A stretch of 64,000 nt of DNA from positions 64,001 to 128,000 of the forward strand of contig JBPOGI010000001.1 in assembly GCA_051251855.1 (NCBI GenBank), given 5' to 3'. The position numbers and the translations under genes are program-made. Origin of the DNA: Roseibacillus sp. Its GTDB lineage: Bacteria; Verrucomicrobiota; Verrucomicrobiia; Verrucomicrobiales; Akkermansiaceae. Position 1 is the stretch's first letter, and each line of letters opens with the position of its first letter. Below are positions 38,801-46,459 of the stretch, in pieces. The notes under the pieces were generated by a model. The model was not told where the DNA came from and did no database searches. It worked only from the letters and a program-made list of their open reading frames with translations.

Positions 38801-39411
38801 CGGGGCATCCGCTCGATAAGTTTCGTGGACTGATTGACTCTGATAAGTTTGAACAACTGGGATTGGTGGATGAGCTGAGTCTGACTGATGAAAGAGGACG
38901 CGTTGACCGTCGCAAGCGCTTTGCATTTGCGGGGATGATTCGAAGTGTTGAGCATCGCACCACAAAAATGGGCAAACCGTTTGGTATTTTGGTGGTTGAG
39001 GACTTTACCGGAAGCCGGGAGTTAATGTGTTGGGCGGAAAGCTACTCGCCAGCGCGCGAGGCGGGGTTGATGGAAGCGGGGCAGATTATCCGATTTAAGG
39101 CTGCCATCAATATTGACGACCGAACCGAGCAAAGGCGTTTGACTGGAAGTGAGTTCAGAGAGTTGAAGCCGGCGAGAGGTAAGGTAGGAGCGAAGAAGAC
39201 GGCGATCGAGCTGCAGGTGCGTGTCGCGAGGAACAGCCGAAAAGATCTCGAACAAATTCGCGATGTCCTAACGCTTCATCCCGGCAAGACCCCTGTTTTC
39301 CTTCATGTTCTCAATGGGGCAGGGAAGCGAGCAACGGTCGAAGTAGGAGAAGAATACTGGGTCAAGAACGGCCCAGAATTGGAAGCCGCCATCGGGCGGT
39401 GGGTGAGTTGA
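35878..39411 (+). CDS. dnaE: DNA polymerase III alpha subunit
   Basis: FVHLHLHTEYS.LDG PHP domain, GPGRGSAAGS, FERFLNPERVSPPDVDIDF, KMDFLGL, YGFNKSH, C-terminal OB fold. Confidence 0.98.
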   Translation: MSSDSFVHLHLHTEYSTLDGAIRIGDLAKRAAELGMPAVAMTDHGNLFGSINFWLKCQDAGVKPIFGCEIYLAPFSLDEKKEVPGRKRATHLTLLAENNVGWANLTKLVTKGHLDGLYYGKPRVDREVLREFSEGIICLSGCISGPVNEWILKGDEDKARETLIELEEIFGKENFFVELHDHGLEDQATVRPVLVKMAEERGLKLVAANDVHFMNREDHESHDVMICIGTGKLLFDSDRMRYSPEVHFKTAEEMRELFADYPGACDATLEIAERCNVEFHLDATSSEKYPQFGTPDGSPREEYFRKICEDGMRERYADGRLEQLSAHLEHTPEEMQKILDERLEYEIGIINQLGFASYFLITADFIQWGRDQGIPVGPGRGSAAGSLVAYTLAITDICPMRFGLLFERFLNPERVSPPDVDIDFCQGRRVEVIDYVRQKYGERCVSHIITYGTLGAKSVLRDISRVMGLSYGDGDRLAKMIEAKPGVKLQGEYDAKEELRDMVEGSSSYRELWGHALKLEGLTRNVGIHAAGVVIGDRDLDEHVPLTRGNEGEVVTQYDMGAITEVGLLKMDFLGLKNLTVIQDAVDHIHKHTPDFDIRTISLEDQLTFDLLDRGETMGVFQLESGGMTETCKRYGVRKIEDIIDLLALYRPGAMQFIDEMIEVKEGRKKVHYEHPLLETICGDTYGIMIYQEQVQNAAKILAGYTLGGADILRRAMGKKKASEMAKQRELFVKGAKEVNDIDAKLANRIFDKIASFAGYGFNKSHSACYGHISYWTAYLKANFPVEFMAALLSNEINNTDKIGVFVAECHRMGIEILPPDLNNSQLRFAPEEANGCKAIRYGLAAIKNVGEAAMGKAIASREEEGAFESLEEFTNRLDSKIVNKRILENLAKAGALDWTGETRAGMFSRLEKVVASASSAQRDKAAGQGALFDSMEFVGAPEPVAEVGAGPVVEEWSKEERLETEKELLGFYVTGHPLDKFRGLIDSDKFEQLGLVDELSLTDERGRVDRRKRFAFAGMIRSVEHRTTKMGKPFGILVVEDFTGSRELMCWAESYSPAREAGLMEAGQIIRFKAAINIDDRTEQRRLTGSEFRELKPARGKVGAKKTAIELQVRVARNSRKDLEQIRDVLTLHPGKTPVFLHVLNGAGKRATVEVGEEYWVKNGPELEAAIGRWVS

Positions 39412-39430
39412 GTTCAAAAAATATTGAACT
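39411..39430. promoter_or_regulatory. Palindromic operator GTTCA-N8-TGAAC (copy 1)
   Basis: AGTTCAA-AAAATA-TTGAACT; overlaps a -35-like TTGAAC (39424-29) with CATCTT at 39446-51 ahead of ATG 39459. Confidence 0.65.
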
Positions 39431-39458
39431 TGGTGTCGATTTTGTCATCTTCTTCAGC

Positions 39459-39962
39459 ATGTCCGATACTGTTGCCAACTCTCAGGCCGGTCTTACTGAG
39501 ATGGAAAGCGCGACCATTTCCTATTTTTGTGATGGAGTAAGGGTGCTTGGTTTACCGCCGTCTGTTGGTGAGATCTACGGACTGCTGTTTATCTCGAAAC
39601 AACCGCTTTGCCAGGCGGATTTCGTTGAACGGCTGTCAATTAGTAAGGGCTCGGCAAGTCAGGGTCTAAGCTTGTTAAAAGCTTTAGGTGCTCTCAATGA
39701 GGTCTCTGGTGCGGATTCACGTCGGACATACTTTGAGGCTAACCTCAATCTCAAGCGACTCGTGGGAGGCTTTATTCGCAACCAGATTCGTCCTCATCTG
39801 CGGAGCGGAGAAGCGAAAATGGATGGTCTTCAGGAGATTGCTGAAAGGGAGGCGGATCCAGAGCAACGAGCATTTATGCAAGAGCGCCTTGAAAAGTTAG
39901 AGCGCTGGTCTCAACGAGGACAGAGAGTTTTGCCAATCCTACAACGCTTTTTAGGAGAATGA
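39459..39962 (+). CDS. GbsR/MarR-family transcription regulator heading the polysaccharide locus
   Basis: LGLPPSVGEIYGLLF.S..PL, L.ISKGSASQGL..L..LGA, RR.YF; start ATG 39459. Confidence 0.85.
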   Translation: MSDTVANSQAGLTEMESATISYFCDGVRVLGLPPSVGEIYGLLFISKQPLCQADFVERLSISKGSASQGLSLLKALGALNEVSGADSRRTYFEANLNLKRLVGGFIRNQIRPHLRSGEAKMDGLQEIAEREADPEQRAFMQERLEKLERWSQRGQRVLPILQRFLGE

Positions 39963-40522
39963 CTTCTGCTCTTGGTGAGAATGAAGATGACCCTGCGCCA
40001 AAGTGGTATTGCCTTCGCACTCAGACGAAGAGGGAGCACATCGCGGCTGCAACGGTGAAGCATCATTTTCGAGGGGAGATCGACGTTTTTTGTCCTCGCG
40101 TTAAATTCAAGAAGCCAACCCGTCGTGGGGTAATTTGGTGGGTTGAGCCTCTCTTTCCTGGTTATTTTTTGGCCAAGTTCGATGTGCCTTTGCATCTTCG
40201 AGATCTCCTACACCTCAACGGAATCAGCGGCGTGGTGCAGTTCGGGAACAACTTGCCAGAGGTTCCAGAGACTTTTGTTGACGAGTTGAGGGAAGACTTC
40301 GCGTTCGACGAACAAGATCAAGGTGTTCTGACGATTGAGCGTAAGCTTGGAATAGGGGATGAGGTCGAACTGGTTGATGGCGCTTTTCGTGGAGTAGGAG
40401 GGGTCATCTTGGAGGTGCTACCATCCTCTGAGAGGGTTAAAGTATTACTCGAACTGATGGGAGAGACTCGGCCCGTTGAGATTGATATTTACTCCCTCCT
40501 AGTAAGGGAACGGGCGAGCTAA
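39959..40522 (+). CDS. NusG-paralog transcription antiterminator (RfaH/UpxY-like)
   Basis: WYCLRTQTKRE..A NGN start, EPLFPGY, VVQFG, KOW motif GDEVELVDGAFRG, RVKVLLELMG; ATGA-coupled to the regulator. Confidence 0.88.
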   Translation: MTSALGENEDDPAPKWYCLRTQTKREHIAAATVKHHFRGEIDVFCPRVKFKKPTRRGVIWWVEPLFPGYFLAKFDVPLHLRDLLHLNGISGVVQFGNNLPEVPETFVDELREDFAFDEQDQGVLTIERKLGIGDEVELVDGAFRGVGGVILEVLPSSERVKVLLELMGETRPVEIDIYSLLVRERAS

Positions 40523-40530
40523 TTATTAAG

Positions 40531-40548
40531 GTTCATTTTTTATTGAAC
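40531..40548. promoter_or_regulatory. Palindromic operator GTTCA-N8-TGAAC (copy 2)
   Basis: GTTCA-TTTTTTAT-TGAAC; same arms and spacing as 39412-39429, both continue TT. Confidence 0.6.
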
Positions 40549-40623
40549 TTTCGGCTGGAATTTCATTTATGGGTGCTGTGCTGCTCAATGAGCCAAGCAA
40601 AATCATGGTTTCTCTTTCAAAGA

Positions 40624-40652
40624 TTGACCAATGGCGGACGCTTGTGTAAAAT
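40624..40652 (+). promoter_or_regulatory. Sigma-70-type promoter of the polysaccharide biosynthesis genes
   Basis: TTGACC-N17-TAAAAT, 57 nt upstream of ATG 40710. Confidence 0.7.
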
Positions 40653-40709
40653 AAGAGTCTGCTGAATGTTCAAATTTAAAAAATTTCAGTTTACCCCAGA
40701 AGATAAGTA

Positions 40710-41702
40710 ATGAGTAAAAAAGTATTAATCGCCGGTGGCGGAGGATTTATTGGTGGCCATCTTGCGAAGAGCCACCTTGAACGCGGCAACCAGGTCGTCA
40801 TCGCTGACATCAAGCCCGTGAGCGAGTGGTATCAAGTCCATGAGAGTGCTGAGAACATTTCAGCTAATATGGAAGAAAAGGATTCCTGCTTTAAGGTGAT
40901 GGACGGTTGCGACCAAGTCTACAACCTAGCCTGCAACATGGGCGGAATGGGCTTCATTGAGAACAATCGCAGTCTTTGTATGCTGAGTGTTCTTATTAAT
41001 ACTCATATGTTGATGGCTGCAAAGGAGCAGGGCGTGAAGGATTATTTCTACAGCTCCAGCGCGTGTATTTATCCAGACTTTAAGCAGACAGATGCTGAAG
41101 TCGTAGCTTTGAAAGAAGAGGACGCCTACCCAGCGATGCCTGAGAATGGTTACGGTTGGGAGAAGCTCTTCTCGGAGCGGCTTTGTAAAAACTTTGAAGA
41201 AGATTTCGAGTTCATCTCTAAGGTCTACCGCTTCCACAACGTTTATGGACCCTTCGGAACTTGGGATGGCGGCCGCGAAAAAGCACCAGCGGCTATGTGC
41301 CGCAAAGTCATCGAGTGCATCGACAAAGGTGAGCTTGAAATGGAGATCTGGGGTGACGGTGAGCAAACCCGTTCCTTTATGTATATCGACGACTGCGTCA
41401 CGGGTATCGACAAGCTCATGGCTTCTGATGTCACCGACCCACTGAACTTGGGACGTAGTGAGCTCGTTACGATTAATGGACTTCTCGACATCGTCGAAAA
41501 TATCGCCGGCGTCAAAGTGAAGCGGAACTACAACCTCGATGCACCCCAAGGTGTGCGCGGTCGTAATTCTGACAACACTGAGATTCAACAGAAGCTCGGC
41601 TGGGAGCCTGAGATTGACTTGGTCACTGGTATGGAGAAAACCTACCACTGGATCAAAGAACAATACGACCGCCGCAAAGCGGGCGAGGGTGTTGTCCAGT
41701 AA
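40710..41702 (+). CDS. GDP-mannose 3,5-epimerase-like NAD-dependent epimerase
   Basis: GGGGFIG, NLACNMGGMGFI, SSACIYP, YGWEKL, RFHNVYGP.GTW.GGREKAPAA, GVRGRNSDN: motifs of the GME subfamily. Confidence 0.85.
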   Translation: MSKKVLIAGGGGFIGGHLAKSHLERGNQVVIADIKPVSEWYQVHESAENISANMEEKDSCFKVMDGCDQVYNLACNMGGMGFIENNRSLCMLSVLINTHMLMAAKEQGVKDYFYSSSACIYPDFKQTDAEVVALKEEDAYPAMPENGYGWEKLFSERLCKNFEEDFEFISKVYRFHNVYGPFGTWDGGREKAPAAMCRKVIECIDKGELEMEIWGDGEQTRSFMYIDDCVTGIDKLMASDVTDPLNLGRSELVTINGLLDIVENIAGVKVKRNYNLDAPQGVRGRNSDNTEIQQKLGWEPEIDLVTGMEKTYHWIKEQYDRRKAGEGVVQ

Positions 41703-41750
41703 CGGTAATCGAGGGTGGGCTCCGGGTGCCCACTATCACTTCTTTACCTC

Positions 41751-41818
41751 TCTTCGCCCCGCTGAGTAAGTTTCAGAGGGGGGAAGATTTTTTTTCGCTC
41801 AACATAGAGCGATTTTTT
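41751..41818 (+). terminator. Two tandem intrinsic terminator-like hairpins
   Basis: Bulged stem 41751-41787 followed by T8; TCGCTC-AACATA-GAGCGA (41795-41812) followed by T6. Confidence 0.6.
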
Positions 41819-41921
41819 GCTGGTACCTAATGGTCCTTTTTAGAGTGGGTGAGTAGGTTGCTTACTCTCTCAGATTTTAGTTTGCCGGCTTTCTTTCTGT
41901 TAGCCACTTTTCTTACGCAAT

Positions 41922-42743
41922 ATGAGTCGCCCTAAGCTTCCAACCCTTGCCGAGGGGCGTTCGAACGTCCTAGGTGTTGGCATTACTCCACTGAATCTAG
42001 AACTCGCTCAGGAAGCTCTTTTTGTGGGTGCCGATTGCGCTGGTTTTACTGGGTATGTGACCATAACCGGCGTGCATGGGGTCATAGAATCTCAGTCCGA
42101 TGAGGAATTGCAAAAAATCCACAACCGTTCCTTCCTGTCCACTCCCGATGGAATGCCTATGGTTTGGATGGGCCGTTGGAACGGATTCGAGCACATGGAT
42201 CGCGTTTATGGCCCGGAGCTCATGCTCAATGTTTTCACCGCTACTCAAGAAACCGAGCATCGGCACTTTTTCTTCGGTGGCGCCGATGGGGTGGCTCAGG
42301 AATTGAAAGAGAAGCTCGAAGAGCGCTTTCCCGGGGCTATTGTTTCAGGGACCTACACACCACCCTTTCGCTCTCTCACCGAGGAGGAAGAACTCGAACT
42401 TGTCAAACAACTCCAAGAGGCACGGCCTCACTTTTTTTGGGTAGGTCTGAGCACTCCCAAACAAGAGCGTTTCATGGCTCACTTTTTAGAAAAGTATGGA
42501 GACCGCTTTCAAGGTTGGGATCACGGACTGATCATGTTGGGAGTAGGGGCCGCCTTTGACTTTCATTCTGGAAAGATAGACCAAGCTCCGCGCTGGATTC
42601 AGCGCAGTGGCTTCGAATGGCTCTTTCGCGTTTGCAAAGATCCGAAACGGCTCTGGAAAAGATACGCTATAGGTAACAGCCTTTTCATCTCTAAGATCAT
42701 TCCAGCAATGATGGAAATCACCAAGTATCAGCTCAAACGCTGA
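41922..42743 (+). CDS. WecB/TagA/CpsF family glycosyltransferase (GT26)
   Basis: PDGMPMVW, RVYGPELM, PPF, WVGLSTPKQE, GVGAAFDF, EWLFR...P.RLWKRY. Confidence 0.92.
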   Translation: MSRPKLPTLAEGRSNVLGVGITPLNLELAQEALFVGADCAGFTGYVTITGVHGVIESQSDEELQKIHNRSFLSTPDGMPMVWMGRWNGFEHMDRVYGPELMLNVFTATQETEHRHFFFGGADGVAQELKEKLEERFPGAIVSGTYTPPFRSLTEEEELELVKQLQEARPHFFWVGLSTPKQERFMAHFLEKYGDRFQGWDHGLIMLGVGAAFDFHSGKIDQAPRWIQRSGFEWLFRVCKDPKRLWKRYAIGNSLFISKIIPAMMEITKYQLKR

Positions 42744-42758
42744 GCAACCGGTTCCTTT

Positions 42759-43340
42759 ATGGTTGAAAATATCCATCCCGACTTTGACCGCTTCGTCTCT
42801 CGCGAAGAGAAAGAGTCCTGTTTGGGTCAAAAAGGAGCTGTGCTCTGGCTCTACGGTATGTCGGGTTCAGGTAAGTCTACCATCGCCACTCAAGTGGAAC
42901 GACAGCTCTGCTCTCAAGGTCGTTTCTCGGTCGTGCTCGATGGCGATAACCTCCGCAGCGGACTTAATAATGACCTCGGATTTACTGAGGAAGCTCGTCA
43001 TGAGAACGTTCGCCGCACCGCCGAGGTCGCCAAGCTCTTCGCCTCCCAAGGGGTCATCACACTCGTTTCCGTGATTACTCCTCTTCGCAAATTTCGTGAA
43101 ATAGCCCGCGAGATCATTGGTGAAGACTTCAACGAAATCTACATCAAAGCTGATTACGAAACCTGCGCCAAACGAGACCCGAAAGGCCTCTATGCCAAGG
43201 TAGCGGAGGGCAAAGTTGCCAATTTCACGGGTAAAGATAGCGGCTTCGAAGAGCCAGAAAAAGCCGAACTCATTTTAGATACCCAAACCAACAATCCTAA
43301 GGAAAGTGCGGCTCAAATTTTAGCCCTCCTTACTGATTAA
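42759..43340 (+). CDS. cysC: Adenylyl-sulfate kinase
   Basis: W..GMSGSGKSTIA, LDGDNLR.GL..DLGF, R.ENVRR, RDPKGLY, FTG. Confidence 0.95.
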   Translation: MVENIHPDFDRFVSREEKESCLGQKGAVLWLYGMSGSGKSTIATQVERQLCSQGRFSVVLDGDNLRSGLNNDLGFTEEARHENVRRTAEVAKLFASQGVITLVSVITPLRKFREIAREIIGEDFNEIYIKADYETCAKRDPKGLYAKVAEGKVANFTGKDSGFEEPEKAELILDTQTNNPKESAAQILALLTD

Positions 43341-43357
43341 AAAAAACCAGAAAAACG

Positions 43358-44263
43358 ATGCCTGATTATTCACTCAGTCACTTAGACCAACTCGAAGCGG
43401 AAGCGATCTACATTCTCCGCGAAACAGCTGCCCAGTTTGAGAATCCCGCCCTTCTTTTTTCGGGAGGAAAGGATTCCATCGTGATGGCTCACCTCGCCGC
43501 AAAGGCCTTCTGGCCTTCTCGACTTCCATTCCCTTTGGTGCATGTAGACACCGGACACAACTTTGCCGAGACTATGGTTTACCGCGACGAATTTGTGGAA
43601 AAGATTAGGGCCCGCCTCGTGGTTGGTTCCGTGCAAGAGTCCATCGACAAAAGTCGCGTGGTGGAAGAAAAAGGGGCGAATGCTTCTCGGAACCGCGCCC
43701 AAATCATCACCCTCCTCGATACTATCGAAGAGCATAAATTCGACGCCGCCCTCGGGGGAGGGCGGCGTGATGAAGAGAAAGCACGCGCCAAAGAACGTTT
43801 CTTTTCCCACCGAGACGACTTTGGTCAATGGGACCCCAAGAATCAGCGCCCAGAACTTTGGAATCTTTTTAACGGCCGCATGCACCAAGGGGAAAACTTC
43901 CGCGTCTTTCCTCTCTCCAATTTTACCGAGATGGACATCTGGATGTATATGAAGAAAGAGGGGATTGTGCTTCCCAGTCTATACTACGCCCACGAGCGGG
44001 ACTGTGTAATTCGTAATGGCACCATTCTCGCCGTCTCCGAGTTCGTGCAACCACGCGACGGGGAGGAAGTCAAAAATATGCGTATTCGTTTTCGGACGAT
44101 GGGGGACGCCACCATCACCGGAGCAGTCGAATCCGATGCGGACACCATCGATAAGATCATCGATGAAGTAGCGGCGGCTCGGCATACCGAGCGCGGAAAC
44201 CGTGCTGACGACAAGCGCTCTGAAACCGCAATGGAAGACCGCAAGAAGGAAGGCTACTTTTAG
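43358..44263 (+). CDS. cysD: Sulfate adenylyltransferase subunit 2
   Basis: LFSGGKDS, HVDTG, GGRRDEEKARAKER, QRPELW, RFRTMG, MEDRKKEGYF. Confidence 0.97.
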   Translation: MPDYSLSHLDQLEAEAIYILRETAAQFENPALLFSGGKDSIVMAHLAAKAFWPSRLPFPLVHVDTGHNFAETMVYRDEFVEKIRARLVVGSVQESIDKSRVVEEKGANASRNRAQIITLLDTIEEHKFDAALGGGRRDEEKARAKERFFSHRDDFGQWDPKNQRPELWNLFNGRMHQGENFRVFPLSNFTEMDIWMYMKKEGIVLPSLYYAHERDCVIRNGTILAVSEFVQPRDGEEVKNMRIRFRTMGDATITGAVESDADTIDKIIDEVAAARHTERGNRADDKRSETAMEDRKKEGYF

Positions 44264-44363
44264 GTCCTACAACTGGCCAACAAGCTCAATTTTCTAGTCC
44301 CTATTTAAAGTCCTTCCAAGGTTTTCCGTCCCTATCTATCGCAAGCCCATCATCCCATAAGTC

Positions 44364-44900
44364 ATGCGCGAACCTCTCAATAAGATCCGTCTTCTAGAGT
44401 TGATGAGTGCCTTGGGGCAAAAGCTCAATAGTCCCGGTCGGATTTATGTGACAGGAGGAGCGACTGCCTTGCTTCATGGTTGGAGGGAGATGACGATAGA
44501 TTTAGACCTCAAAGCCGAACCGGAACCCCCACGCTTCTACGAGGTGATTGCGGAGCTGAAAAATAGCCTGCAAGCAAATCTTGAGCTGGCCTCACCCGAT
44601 CAATTTCTCCCTCCTTTGCCTGGCTGGGAATCTCGTTCTCTTTACCACGACCAGTTTGGTAAGACCGACTTCTATCACTATGATCCTTACGGGCAGGTTC
44701 TCTCAAAAATTGAGCGCAACCACACCCGCGATCAGCACGATGTGCAGTGCTTTCTCAGGGATGGCCTCGTCGAATTGGGGCGTCTGAAAGAGCTCTTTCT
44801 GGAAGTGAAATCGGATTGCATTCGCTACCCTGCCATCGATGCCGAAGACCTTGAAAACCGCCTGAACGACCTCATCGCAAACTCGAGATCTCAATCCTAA
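44364..44900 (+). CDS. DUF6036-like nucleotidyltransferase-fold protein
   Basis: IYVTGGATALL.GWREMTIDLD (GG...DxD polymerase-beta NTase pattern), ELASPDQF, LSKIER...RD..DV. Confidence 0.75.
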   Translation: MREPLNKIRLLELMSALGQKLNSPGRIYVTGGATALLHGWREMTIDLDLKAEPEPPRFYEVIAELKNSLQANLELASPDQFLPPLPGWESRSLYHDQFGKTDFYHYDPYGQVLSKIERNHTRDQHDVQCFLRDGLVELGRLKELFLEVKSDCIRYPAIDAEDLENRLNDLIANSRSQS

Positions 44901-45196
44901 TGACTTGGCACCATCTTCCCGGGGGGGACTTAATCATCCAAGGACTTAGTGATCTCAAGGAGAATAGAGTCACCATTGCAAGCTGCCTCGTCAAGATTGC
45001 CAGCCCTCAACTCGTTCGGGCTAAGGTCCTAGAAAAAGAGGATCGAGCTATTGACACCGAACTGGTTCTTTACCGCCTTCTTCAAGAAACGGAATCCAAT
45101 CCTTACTCAGCCTATGGGAGTTACCTGCGGACTCTCTGCAGTTTCGAACAAGCCCTTAAGCAAGCTAGGTCTTCAATCCGAATCACAAATAACTAA
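44900..45196 (+). CDS. Small helical hypothetical protein, partner of the DUF6036 gene
   Basis: TAATG stop/start overlap; 98 aa. Confidence 0.65.
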   Translation: MTWHHLPGGDLIIQGLSDLKENRVTIASCLVKIASPQLVRAKVLEKEDRAIDTELVLYRLLQETESNPYSAYGSYLRTLCSFEQALKQARSSIRITNN

Positions 45197-45214
45197 TAAC
45201 GAATCACAATTCTC

Positions 45215-46459
45215 ATGGACCTTCTAAGATTCACCACCGCCGGTTCCGTTGACGACGGGAAGTCTACTCTCATTGGACGGCTTCTCTATGATTCTAAGAG
45301 TATTTTCGAAGATCAGCTCGAAGCGATCGAAGAAAGCTCGAAGAAAAAGGGCGATGAAAACGTCAACCTTGCTCTTCTTACTGATGGCCTCAAAGCCGAA
45401 CGAGAACAAGGGATTACCATCGACGTAGCCTACCGCTACTTTGCAACTCCCAAGCGTAAATTCATCATCGCTGATACCCCCGGGCACACTCAATACACTC
45501 GTAATATGGTGACGGGTGCCTCGACCGCAAACCTCGCGATCATTCTCATCGACGCGCGCAAAGGTATTATTGAGCAAACCAAGCGTCATTCCTTCATCGC
45601 TGACCTCCTTCGTATTCAGCACGTCGTTCTCGCCGTCAACAAGATGGACCTCGTTGACTACTCCGAAGAGCGCTTCAACGAGATTGTCAAAGAATATGAA
45701 TCCTTCGCGTCTCGTCTCGGCAACATCGTCGATATTGAGGCAATCCCAATTTCAGCTCTCAACGGCGACAACGTCGTGGATAAGTCCACCAACATGGACT
45801 GGTATCAGGGGCCTACTTTCCTCTACCACTTGGAGAACGTCTACATCGGAGGCGAAGAGAATCATGTCGCTCCTCGTTTTCCCGTTCAGTGGGTCATTCG
45901 CCCTCAGAGCGACGAGCACCATGACTTTCGCGGTTACGCAGGTCGGGTGGCTGGTGGAGTTTTCCGCCCCGGTGACGAAGTCAGCATCCTTCCTTCTGGA
46001 TTCAAGACTACAATCAAGTCCATTTACTGTGATAGCAAGGAGTTAACCGAAGCCTTCGCCCCCCAATCCGTTTGCATCACGCTGAACGACGAGATTGACA
46101 TTTCGCGTGGCGACATGATCGCAAAGCCCAACAATCAGCCTCAAGTCGCACAAGACGTCGAGGCTATGATCTGCTGGTTCTCAAATACCCCTATGCAGAC
46201 CCGTGGCAAATACCTCATCAAGCACACAAGCCATGAGACTCAGGCTGTTATCCGTGAGATGCGCTATCAAGTAGACGTCAATACTCTGCACAAAGTCGAA
46301 GACTCCGATAATCTAAAGCTCAATGAAATCGGCCGTGTTAGACTCCGCACTGCCGCCCCTCTCCTTCACGATGACTACCGTAATAATCGTTCAACTGGCT
46401 CTTTCATCCTTGTCGATCCCGGCACCAATGAGACAGTGGGGGCTGGAATGATTGTATGA
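45215..46459 (+). CDS. cysN: Sulfate adenylyltransferase subunit 1 (GTPase)
   Basis: GSVDDGKSTLIGRLL, EREQGITIDVAYRYF, DTPGH, NKMD; no fused CysC domain. Confidence 0.97.
   Translation: MDLLRFTTAGSVDDGKSTLIGRLLYDSKSIFEDQLEAIEESSKKKGDENVNLALLTDGLKAEREQGITIDVAYRYFATPKRKFIIADTPGHTQYTRNMVTGASTANLAIILIDARKGIIEQTKRHSFIADLLRIQHVVLAVNKMDLVDYSEERFNEIVKEYESFASRLGNIVDIEAIPISALNGDNVVDKSTNMDWYQGPTFLYHLENVYIGGEENHVAPRFPVQWVIRPQSDEHHDFRGYAGRVAGGVFRPGDEVSILPSGFKTTIKSIYCDSKELTEAFAPQSVCITLNDEIDISRGDMIAKPNNQPQVAQDVEAMICWFSNTPMQTRGKYLIKHTSHETQAVIREMRYQVDVNTLHKVEDSDNLKLNEIGRVRLRTAAPLLHDDYRNNRSTGSFILVDPGTNETVGAGMIV

Noticed and set aside
35878..39411. Intein or split in dnaE
   Set aside because: Normal length and continuous motifs; no C...HN splice junctions seen
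1916..39458. Upstream-extended starts in the ORF track (1916, 3643, 7332, 14530, 15942, 18761, 26090, 32151, 35842, 39399)
   Set aside because: The extensions overlap neighbouring genes, promoters or operators, and family-typical N-termini begin at downstream codons
40633..40644. ops-like sequence GGCGGACGCTTG (9/12 match to GGCGGTAGCGTG)
   Set aside because: It lacks the TA bases read by RfaH and lies in the spacer of the TTGACC/TAAAAT promoter, so it would be transcribed only by upstream readthrough; not supportable
45180..45209. GAATCACAA direct repeat as a target-site duplication of the DUF6036 module
   Set aside because: Both copies are on the same side of the module, 21 nt apart, so they do not flank it
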